In this document: positions 10,231 to 18,674 of the stretch, piece by piece
How positions within the stretch are numbered: the stretch's first letter is position 1
Layout of the letters: each line of letters starts with the position of its first letter
From: Candidatus Vampirococcus lugosii
GTDB lineage: Bacteria > Patescibacteriota > Gracilibacteria > Absconditabacterales > Absconditicoccaceae
Assembly (NCBI RefSeq): GCF_018420025.1
Contig: NZ_JAEDAM010000012.1
Location: 1-18,697 of the forward strand
Length of the DNA stretch: 18,697 nucleotides
Direction: 5' to 3'
Notes under the pieces: model-generated
The model's database searches: none
What the model was told of the DNA's origin: nothing
The model's input: only the letters and a program-made list of their open reading frames with translations
Program-made: the position numbers and the translations under genes

Positions 10231-11565
10231 ATGAAAAAAGAAAAAGTATTATTAATATGGTCTTTTGGTACTTCTGATATTTACTTGGATGGTAAATTAA
10301 TAAGAGATAATTTTTTGTCAAAAACAAAAGATATTGCTAAAAATTTTGATACTTATTACAATGAAAAAAGAATTAATATGAGTATTTTAGAAAATTTTGT
10401 AAATGAATTTTATAATAATAAAGAAATAATTATTAAGTGAATTTTTACTGACCAAAATTGATTTGAGCAAGATACAATTTATTTACAAACAATTTTGATG
10501 AAATATATTCAAAAATGATCTATTTCATCAAAAATTAAATCTGCTAGAGAACATATAATTTTGGATGAAGCAAGAAGATTTGATATTATCAAAAATAAAT
10601 TAGATTCTTATTTAAAAAATATACCTACAAATATATTTGAAGAAATAATGATAAATAATACTTCTGGAACTAAATGACTTAGTTCTGCTTTACTTTTTTC
10701 ATCTTTATTGAATTTTGAATTATGAAAATTATCTTTTTATTATGGTGAACAAATAGATAAAGATACTTTATTTATGAAACAATCAAATATTATATATTTT
10801 GTACATAAACAAAATATTGATAATTTTTTGGAAAATAAAGATTTTGAATCTTGTATTTCTTATTTACAAAATAATAATTTAATCTCTTCTTTTAAAAAAG
10901 AATTTGATTATTCCAAATATATGTTTGCAAGAATTAATGCTGATTATGATAAATGTAAAGAAATTTATAAAAAATGAAATTTAGATTCCAAATTTGCAAT
11001 TACTAAAAATACTGTAAATAAAATACAAGAAATGATAAATTGAATAATTTTTACTTTTGATAAAAAAAGATTTATAGAATTTTTGGGTAGAATATATAAT
11101 TTTACTGATGTAGGACTTAGATTTTTTATAAATAAATTTTTTGAAACTGATTTTGAAAGTATTAAATACAAAGATTTACAAGATTTTGTACAAAAATATC
11201 CTGATTTGGAAAAATTTTTGAATAATTATAAAGTAAGATTTAATAATAAAGCTTCTTTTCTTAATTGGAATATAAAAAATTCAGATCATATGATAAAAGA
11301 AATATGATTTATAAATACTAAAGTAATGTTGTCATTACTTGATTTTATATCTACTAAAAATTGAGAATATAAAAAATATAAAGATTTTTTTGTGAGATTA
11401 GAAAAATTAAATGAATATAGAAACAATACTTTGATAGCTCATTGAATGAATCAAGTAAATGAAAAAATTATTTTTGAAAAATATTGATATGATACTATCA
11501 AAACTGATTTTATTGATTTATTGGAAAATATAGTTTGAAAAAATAAATTATGGATTGAGTTTTAA
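10231..11565 (+). CDS. csm6: CARF-HEPN ancillary ribonuclease, Csm6/Csx1 family (444 aa)
   Basis: The N-terminus KVLLIWSFGTSD and NNTSGTKGLSSALLF resemble the CARF beta1 strand and the tGGtK.m loop. The C-terminus EYRNNTLIAHG is a HEPN R-x6-H motif (R at 11419-11421, H at 11440-11442). It joins track ORFs 10231, 10774 and 11083, which share one frame, across TGA codons. Confidence 0.65.
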
Positions 11566-11587
11566 TTAAATTATAATACACATAAAA

Positions 11588-12595
11588 ATGTTTATATATC
11601 TTACCAAAAATTGACTTAATGTAAGCAAAAAATGATGAAAATTAATAATTTATGATATAAATGATGAAAATACACAAGAAACTCCTATTAGTTTGATAGA
11701 ATGAGTAGTAATATTTGGTAGAGTGCAACTTACAACAGATGTTATTAGAGAATTTTTGAAATGAAAAGTTCCAGTATTTTTCTTATCCAAACATTGATCA
11801 TATTTTGGAAAATTGGATAGTTTGGAACAAACTAATGTAGAATTATTATATAATCATATCAAAGCAAGTATGGATAGTGATATTTCGTTGAAATATTCAA
11901 AATCTATAATTTCATCAAAAATAAATAATAGTATTGTTATGTTGCAAAGATGGACAAGATTTAAAGAAATTTATTGATGTGAAAATAAAATACAAAAATT
12001 AAGAGATTTACAAAAAAATATTGCTGAATGTAATAATTTAGATTCTTTGAGATGATATGAATGAACTTGTGCAAGAATTTATTTTGAATGATTTGCAAAA
12101 TTTGTAAAAGAACCGTTCAAATTTGAATCAAGAAATCGCAGACCTCCGAAAGATCCAGTAAATGCAATGTTAAGTTTGTGATATACATTATTGGCACAAA
12201 CTATACAAATGATATTGGATATACAATGAGTTAATACTCAAATTTGATTTTTTCATCAACCAAAAGATTTAAGAACTTTATTAGTTTTGGATATGATGGA
12301 AATGTATAGAGCTTGGATAGTAGATGATATGATTTTGAAAATTATAGAAAATTGAAAAATTAAATTGGAAAATTTTCAAATAATTGAAGAAAATCCAAAA
12401 AGACCTGTTTTGTTAGATGATGATTGATTAAAAATTTTTCTTACAGAGTATTACAAAACTATATTTAAGTGAAAAGATGAAATGAGTATTCATAATACTA
12501 TGAAAAAACTTAAAACAATAGAAATAAATATAGAAGAATTTAAACAAACTTTAGTAAAAAAAACTTTTGATTATGAGGGTTTTAAGATTAAGTAA
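11588..12595 (+). CDS. cas1: Cas1 integrase (335 aa)
   Basis: MFIYLTKNGLNVSKKGGKLIIYD...LIEGVVIFGRVQLTTDVIREFLKGKVPVFFLSKHGSYFGKL...LRGYEGTCARIYFEGFAK...SRNRRPPKDPVNAMLSLGYTLL...GFFHQPKDLRTLLVLDMMEMYR. These are canonical Cas1 motifs, several with TGA-encoded Gly. Confidence 0.93.
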
Positions 12596-12602
12596 TGAAA
12601 AA

Positions 12603-12923
12603 ATGTATTTAAGTATAAGTTATGATATTAGCAATACTAAAGCAAGAAATAGAATAGTAAAATTGCTTGAAAGTTATGGTTTCAGAGTACAAAAATCAGT
12701 TTTTGAAGTGCAATTAAATGAAAGACAATTTAAAATTTTGAAAAAACAATTGCAAAAAATTTTGGATCGAGCCAAAAAACAATATCCAGAAGAACATAAT
12801 AATGTAGATTCTATAAAATTTTATGTATTGTCAAAAATTTGAGAATGAAGTTTGGATGGTAGAATAGATGGATTATGAAGTGGTTATGAAAAAATTTATT
12901 TTGAAGAATTTATGATAATATAA
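12603..12923 (+). CDS. cas2: Cas2 (106 aa; an alternative upstream start at 12567 overlaps cas1)
   Basis: MYLSISYDISNTKARNRIVKLLESYGFRVQKSVFEVQLNERQFKILKKQL...FYVLSKIGEGSLDGRIDGLGSGYEKIYFEEFMII*. This is the canonical Cas2 N-terminus, and the track ORF is extended through three TGA codons. Confidence 0.9.
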
Positions 12924-12943
12924 CAAAAATATATTTAAATCTA

Positions 12944-13270
12944 TTAATCAATCCAAAAAGTATTTGAACAATAATCACATTTGATGTATGATTCTTTTTT
13001 ACATTTTTTTTGAATTTTAGCTCAACAATTAGGACAAATAATATTATTTAATTTAGTATTATTTTGTTTTGATGATTTGGTAAAACATTTCAATACAATG
13101 TAAGGTGCTCAAAAAAGGGAACTAATAATTAATCGACCAAAAACAACTTCAATTTCAAATCCTTCTTGTCCTGAGATAAAGGCTATAAAAAATAATAAAG
13201 AAATAAATAAACAAATATAAAAAGGTATTTGTAAAATAATTAATATTGTATTTTTTATTTTTATTCACAT
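12944..13270 (-). CDS. Small membrane protein with a C-terminal zinc ribbon, paralog A (108 aa)
   Basis: MGIKIKNTILIILQIPFYICLFISLLFFIAFISGQEGFEIEVVFGRLIISSLFGAPYIVLKCF...ICPNCGAKIQKKCKKESYIKCDYCSNTFWID*. It has hydrophobic N-terminal helices and a CxxC...CxxC motif, and is 327 nt long. Confidence 0.55.
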
Positions 13271-13393
13271 ATTATATTTAATTTTAATAATTAAAAGTAT
13301 AAAAAATATTATTTATAATAAAAATTTATAATTCAATTATTGAAAAATACAAGAAATACAAGAAATAATTTAAATAAAATATATTTAAATCTA

Positions 13394-13789
13394 TTAATCA
13401 ATCCAAAAAGTGCCTAAACAATAATCACATTTGAGATATGATTTATTTTTACATTTTTTGTGAATTTTAGCTCAACAATTAGGACAAATAATATTATTTA
13501 ATTTAATATTATTACTTAAATCAGTTTTATTACTTAAATCAGTTTTATTACTTAAATCAGTTTTATTACTTAAATCAGTTTTATTACTTAAATCAGTATT
13601 ATTACTTAAATCAGAATTATCATTTTTTAATGATTTTTTAGAATATTTCGATATAATGTAAGGTGTTCAAAACATGGAACATCGAATAATAATTGCCGAA
13701 ACAAATTCAAATATTCAATCTTCTTCTGACATATAGCCTATAAGAAATAATAAAAAAAAATGTATTAGTAATATAACTATAATTATCAT
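13394..13789 (-). CDS. Small membrane protein with a C-terminal zinc ribbon, paralog B (131 aa), with an internal hexapeptide repeat insertion
   Basis: MIIIVILLIHFFLLFLIGYMSEEDGIFEFVSAIIIRCSMFGTPYIISKY...NSDLSNNTDLSNKTDLSNKTDLSNKTDLSNKTDLSNNIKLNNIICPNCGAKIHKKCKNKSYLKCDYCLGTFWID*. Length is 396 nt. Confidence 0.55.
13511..13618. repeat. 18-bp tandem repeat x6 (attacttaaatcagtttt; the last two copies each carry 1-2 substitutions)
   Basis: Copies were counted directly at 13511, 13529, 13547, 13565, 13583 and 13601. The repeat is in frame within paralog B and absent from paralog A. Confidence 0.95.
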
Positions 13790-13911
13790 TGTATTTTTTG
13801 TTTTTATTAATTAAAAGTATAATAAAAATTATTATTTAAAATAAAAATTTATAATTCAATTATTGAAAAATACAAGAAATAATTTACTAAAATAAAAAAA
13901 TAATAAAAAAC

Positions 13912-13939
13912 TTGCAAAATAAAAATAAATTATTATACT
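13912..13939 (+). promoter_or_regulatory. Candidate promoter for the leader and CRISPR array: TTGCAA-16 nt-TATACT
   Basis: Hexamers read directly, about 190 nt upstream of the first repeat. Confidence 0.35.
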
Positions 13940-14129
13940 GATAAATAGTCTATTGTGTGATGTATTTTATTAGAAAAATAATAAAAAATGTCAAAAATTT
14001 CTCGGCATAGTTTAGAACTGGTGTTTCGTGCTGTTGGAGATGAGTTTTGAGAGAAAAAACAAAAAATTAAAAATTTTCTCGGAAAGCTATCTCAGATAGT
14101 AGTTCTAAACTGGTCGTAAAATTGTATCG
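13940..14129 (+). promoter_or_regulatory. CRISPR leader with a locally GC-enriched, repeat-rich core (13988-14129)
   Basis: It abuts the first repeat on the side opposite the degenerate terminal repeat. It contains a direct repeat AAAAATTTCTCGG / AAAAATTTTCTCGG (13993, 14069), an 11-bp perfect inverted repeat AGTTTAGAACT / AGTTCTAAACT (14009-14019, 14101-14111) and a small palindrome CTATCtcaGATAG (14087-14099). Confidence 0.6.
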
Positions 14130-15648
14130 GTAGACTAAAAGCTCGAAATTACGAGCATCGAAACAACAATTTTGATTTATAAACCATTATTTTTTTTTAA
14201 GTAGACTAAAAGCTCGAAATTACGAGCATCGAAACTCTCACTCCCAGATTGAAACCCAGGAGAAACTACTCGTAGACTAAAAGCTCGAAATTACGAGCAT
14301 CGAAACATAATCTCCTCTCCGGAGATTATAAACCCTTTTATTTCTATCAGTAGACTAAAAGCTCGAAATTACGAGCATCGAAACGGAGATTATAAAACTA
14401 TTAATTCATATTATATTTTTTTTCAGTAGACTAAAAGCTCGAAATTACGAGCATCGAAACAGTATTCTTCAAGTTTAAATGAGCTTTTTCAGTTTTCTGT
14501 AGACTAAAAGCTCGAAATTACGAGCATCGAAACCCTCTTCTAATCAATCTGTTTCATTTATGATAATCATATGTTTATTGTAGACTAAAAGCTCGAAATT
14601 ACGAGCATCGAAACTCAAACCCAAAATTATAAACAATTTCAAGTTCTTCTGTAGACTAAAAGCTCGAAATTACGAGCATCGAAACAATTTGAGGTTCATC
14701 AAATCCAAAATTGTTAATAATTTCAAGTAGACTAAAAGCTCGAAATTACGAGCATCGAAACTCAAGAATATCAGTGTTTAATTCAACTGAGCCAGTCCAT
14801 AGTAGACTAAAAGCTCGAAATTACGAGCATCGAAACCCAAGACATCAAGCAATTGAGTGCCTTCAAGCACCCAAGTAGACTAAAAGCTCGAAATTACGAG
14901 CATCGAAACTATCTGCTGCGACTTCAAAATAAAACACTAATTCTCTGTAGACTAAAAGCTCGAAATTACGAGCATCGAAACTTCACAAGTCTCTAGCCGC
15001 TTCCAGCATGTCGGAAGCGACTTCGTAGACTAAAAGCTCGAAATTACGAGCATCGAAACTGACCTTTGATTTATAAATCATTTATTGTTTTTAATATAGT
15101 AGACTAAAAGCTCGAAATTACGAGCATCGAAACTCTCATACCCGATTTTCTTCAGGTATAAGAAAAAATAGTAGACTAAAAGCTCGAAATTACGAGCATC
15201 GAAACCCTCTTCGGAGATTATAAAACTTTTTATTTCTATCGTAGACTAAAAGCTCGAAATTACGAGCATCGAAACTCTGAAGAGGAGGTTATAAATCATT
15301 TTATAATTATCTCTTTGTAGACTAAAAGCTCGAAATTACGAGCATCGAAACAAATAACAACTCTTCAACCTCTTCTACACCATCATTCTGTAGACTAAAA
15401 GCTCGAAATTACGAGCATCGAAACCAAAAGCTTTCTTTATTAATTTCAAAGCTTTTTTTGTTCTTTGTAGACTAAAAGCTCGAAATTACGAGCATCGAAA
15501 CTGGGGACACTTACTTTTATAAATCATTATTATATTTTTGTAGACTAAAAGCTCGAAATTACGAGCATCGAAACCGGTCTCGTCCAAAGACGAAGCCAAT
15601 AGCTTAATGACTTGTAGACTAAAAGCTCGAAATTACGAGCATCGAAAA
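14130..15648 (+). CRISPR. CRISPR array with 21 copies of the 35-nt repeat GTAGACTAAAAGCTCGAAATTACGAGCATCGAAAC and 20 spacers of 35-46 nt
   Basis: Repeat starts are 14130, 14201, 14272, 14350, 14426, 14499, 14580, 14651, 14727, 14802, 14875, 14947, 15025, 15099, 15171, 15241, 15317, 15390, 15467, 15540 and 15614. The repeat has an internal hairpin GCTCG-AAATTA-CGAGC and a 3' end ATCGAAAC, which is a type I/III-style 8-nt tag. The last repeat ends GAAAA, which sets the polarity. Confidence 0.97.
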
Positions 15649-15667
15649 AGATTAGATTAAATTTTAC

Positions 15668-15695
15668 TTGACTTTTTTAAAAAAAAATGTATATA
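15668..15695 (+). promoter_or_regulatory. Candidate promoter: TTGACT-16 nt (T5 A9 TG)-TATATA
   Basis: The sequence TTGACTTTTTTAAAAAAAAATGTATATA lies 20 nt after the last repeat and 39 nt before the ATG at 15734. It is near-identical to the csm operon promoter motif. Confidence 0.4.
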
Positions 15696-15733
15696 CAATA
15701 TACATTCAAAGCTAATTGTTATGGAGGCAAGAA

Positions 15734-15919
15734 ATGTTTTACAAAAAGAAAGATGTTTATGATATTTACAATTCAATCCAAGAAGAGACATTTATACAAA
15801 AAATACTTTTTTATGTATTTGTAATAGTGTCTCTTATGGTTTTGTTTTGTGGGTTTTCTTTTTTGGTGTTTCTTACACACTTTATAATAAAAATATTTAA
15901 TCATATGATTTTATCATAG
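15734..15919 (+). CDS. Small hydrophobic protein (61 aa, one TM helix), function unknown
   Basis: MFYKKKDVYDIYNSIQEETFIQKILFYVFVIVSLMVLFCGFSFLVFLTHFIIKIFNHMILS*. It is preceded by a strong SD (GGAGG, 6 nt upstream of the ATG) and followed by a strong terminator. The track ORF start at 15716 is less likely than 15734. Confidence 0.5.
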   Translation: MFYKKKDVYDIYNSIQEETFIQKILFYVFVIVSLMVLFCGFSFLVFLTHFIIKIFNHMILS

Positions 15920-15932
15920 ATTAATAAGTATT

Positions 15933-15965
15933 ACTCTCATGCGGATTTCCATGAGAGTTTTTTTA
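15933..15965 (+). terminator. Rho-independent terminator: 9-bp stem ACTCTCATG/CATGAGAGT, 8-nt loop, T7 tract
   Basis: Read directly from the sequence. It is the only obvious terminator downstream of the array, so it probably also ends the pre-crRNA transcript. Confidence 0.8.
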
Positions 15966-16083
15966 AATAAAAAATTAATTAAAAAAAATTAATTAAAAAT
16001 ATTAAATTAAATAATTTTTAATTAATCATAAAAAATCTCTAAATATTTTAAAACAAAAAAATAATTATTTATTATTTTTTAAA

Positions 16084-17340
16084 TTATACTGTAATATTAA
16101 AAGGATTTACTCACCAAAACCTTGCTAAATCCAAAAAGATTATATAAACTCATAAAGACATAAGTAAGACAAAAAATACTATATTAAAATAATTTTCTAT
16201 AACAAAATATTTTTCTGGATGAAATTTTCAAATTGATTGAATAATAACTCATACTGCTCTACCTCAATCTAATGCTGGGAAAGGTAAAATATTAAATATA
16301 GCTAATGCTAAACTTATAATACCTCCAAAAGCAATATATTGCCAAATAGAATTAGATAAAATCATTTCTCAAACTTTTACTGCTCATACAGGTCATGAAA
16401 GATTTTCTACAGCTTCTTTTGCTTGTTTTCAATCAAAAGTTAATAATTTTTGTCAAATATTTCATAATACATGAAAAGTAATTCTTGTTTGTGAAAATAT
16501 TTCACTGACTCAAGCTATAGATCATTCAATAAATCACATTTGTACGACTTGTAATTTATCAATAAATTCTTCTCATCTTATACTAGGAATAGGATATATT
16601 CAAAATTGACATAATTCATTATTTATATTAATATCTGAATAATCTATTATATTACCATCTCTAAGTATTTGCATTGATATATTTTTATTACATAATCATT
16701 CTTTTTTAAAATAATTAATATGTGAGTCTTTTTTAAAATAATGAGGAGAAAATTTTAATAAATTAATATCTTCTCAGTTTATTGATAAAATAATATCATT
16801 ATCTTGTATTCATACTTCTTCTGCAATTGTTCAAGTTGCCAAAAAAACTTCCAATTGAATACTCTCAATTCATCATTCAAAAAGATTATTTTCTTTTACA
16901 AATGTATAATCTGGCATTAAATAACTATTTGTATTTATTCATATTTCTCAATCTGGAATTATTCATATAGGTTGTATTCATTTCCAAAAAGCAACTGAAA
17001 AAAATAACCAAGCAAAAAATAGGTTAACTAAAACTCATCAAAATAAAATTAATAATTTTTTTCATAATGATTGAGTTATAAAACTATCTTTTGCATAAAA
17101 ACTTCATTCATCATCTGGATCTTCTCATTTCAACCTTACAAATCATCAAAGAGGTAATCGATTTATTGTATATTCTGTTCATGATTTATCAGTATATATT
17201 TTGAATGCTTTTGGAGGTATTCATAGTCAAAATTCCAAAACTTTTACTCAAGATTTTTTGGCAGCAATAAAATGTCATAATTCATGAACTATTACTAAAA
17301 ACATAAACAATAAAAATCATGCTATAATAGCTATCCACAT
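16084..17340 (-). CDS. rseP: RseP-type site-2 protease, M50 zinc metalloprotease (418 aa)
   Basis: MWIAIIAGFLLFMFLVIVHELGHFIAAKKSGVKVLEFGLGIPP...RLPLGGFVRLKGED...FNILPFPALDGGRAV. It has the HExxH and LDGG motifs with TGA-encoded Gly, and is 1257 nt long. Confidence 0.9.
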
Positions 17341-17892
17341 ATTTAATTTAAATTAAAATTATAAAAAACAATACAAAAAAATTTGTACTTAAATATATAT
17401 AAATATTTTTATATCATAATCAATATATATTTATTTTAAATAAAAATAATGTATAATAAATTTTATGAATTTAATTAATAGGTTGTAAGTTACTTAATTA
17501 CTACAATTCTCTTAATTTAACTTTTTAAGTCTTACTTTTTGTAATAAAAAAAGCAAACTTAATGAAATAATATATTATAAATATTAAATACAAGTATATA
17601 GTGTTATAATTGATCCAAAGATGTTAAAAAAAATCTTATTGAAAGATCATAAAAATCTGATAATTAAGAATTTCATATTCCTATATGACAATTTATCAAA
17701 AACAAAACTGATTTTTTTTGAAATTAATAAATTCAAATACAATATATATGTAAAGAAATTGATTAAATAAGACATTTTGAAAAATTACAAAAATCTTGAT
17801 TATATAATAAAACTATATTCTTCACTAAAGAGAAAAACACTTTTTTAAATTAAAATAATAAATTAAAATAATAAATTAAAATACAATTATTT

Positions 17893-18546
17893 TTACAATA
17901 TCTCATTCATTATTTTTTTTGTTATATCTTCTTTTTTCATCATTTCTCAATTTATAGTACAATCAATTTTTATCCAATCATCAAAAATATCTACAATTTC
18001 ATTTGCTGTTTTACAAGCATTTTTTATATGATTTATATCTTCTTCATGTATATCCATTTTTTTTCAATTTTTTATATAATTTCTATTTTCTTTTTTTAAA
18101 ACTAAATTTTGACTATTTTCAGGATTTATATTTAAAAATATAATTTTATCCGCTTTTGGTATTCCAAAAATTTCAAATTCAAGCTCATATAACCATTTTA
18201 TAAATTCTTTTACTTCTTCTGATTTTTTTATTTTACAAGCTTGATGAATCATATTTGCTGATACATATCTATTTGAAATTATATAATCATATTTTCCAAA
18301 ATCTTTAACTATTTCATTCATTGCATCATATCTATCTATTGCATAAAATATTGATGCTAATTTTGCAGAAACATTTTTTCAATATCATCAATTCAAATAC
18401 TTTTCTACAAAATATGCAGAATTATTACCATATCTAGGAAAATCAAGAATTAATACTTTTTTTCATTTATCTTTCAATTCTTTTTTTATTAAATCTACTT
18501 GAGTTTTTTTACCACTTCAATCTACACCATCAATAACTACAAACAT
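17893..18546 (-). CDS. tmk: Thymidylate kinase (217 aa)
   Basis: MFVVIDGVDGSGKKTQVDLIKKELKDKGKKVLILDFPRYGNNSAYFVEKYLNGGYG...ISNRYVSANMIHQA. It has the P-loop and the Tmk pattern, is in frame with track ORF 18064..18321, and is 654 nt long. Confidence 0.9.
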
Positions 18547-18642
18547 AATAAATTTTAATTTTTTTTAACATTACTAAATCCCTTTCATTATAATTTTTTC
18601 TTTCACAAAATCAACATCTTTTCCTCGCCCGGGCGGGAATAA

Positions 18643-18674
18643 AAAAAACTAGAAGTAATTATTTCTAGTTTTTT
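18643..18674. terminator. Bidirectional terminator-like hairpin: A-tract, CTAGAA-N8-TTCTAG, T-tract
   Basis: AAAAAACTAGAAgtaattatTTCTAGTTTTTT is read directly. On the minus strand it is followed by T8, which fits termination of a gene lying beyond the right edge of the window. Confidence 0.55.

Larger units (their letters stand above)
12926..13886. repeat. Tandem segmental duplication with two units (about 12926-13372 and 13376-13886), each carrying a small gene and its upstream region
   Basis: Long near-identical blocks appear in both units, for example aaaatatatttaaatctattaatcaatccaaaaagt, ttttagctcaacaattaggacaaataatattatttaattta and aaaatttataattcaattattgaaaaatacaagaaataattta. Confidence 0.8.

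Noticed and set aside
14024-14054. The anti-repeat-like leader segment as a tracrRNA of a type II system
   Set aside because: There is no cas9 or other class 2 effector in the window. The locus is type III with a Cas6-like gene, and complementarity to the repeat is only partial. It is kept as a low-confidence regulatory observation instead.
13988-14119. A 43-codon ORF (MSKISRHSLELVFRAVGDEFGEKKQKIKNFLGKLSQIVVLNWS) filling the leader
   Set aside because: Its codon usage (CGG, CTG, GTG, CGT, TCG) is unlike every other gene here. The internal direct repeat falls in different reading frames, which points to a DNA/RNA-level element rather than a protein. No SD was seen.
15966-16083. Repetitive A/T blocks (aaaaaattaattaaaaa variants) after the terminator, and similar ttaaaataataaa repeats at 17850-17885
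   Set aside because: These are low-complexity AT-rich intergenic sequence with no defined unit structure or flanking features suggesting a mobile element or array.
17484-17542. An imperfect inverted repeat GTAAGTTACTTAA...TTAAGTCTTAC upstream of rseP
   Set aside because: The stems are interrupted, the loop is long and the region is AT-rich. This is insufficient to call an ncRNA or operator.
17621-17770. A 49-aa plus-strand ORF (MLKKILLKDHKNLIIKNF...) in the rseP-tmk intergenic region, preceded by TATAAT
   Set aside because: It is short and low-complexity, has no SD and no recognisable motif, and I cannot distinguish it from a chance ORF.
18622-18640. A GC-rich mini-hairpin (CTCGC-CCGG-GCGGG) considered as a tRNA or ncRNA fragment
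   Set aside because: It is too short, with no cloverleaf or adjacent conserved boxes. It probably belongs to the terminator and regulatory region next to the 18643-18674 hairpin.
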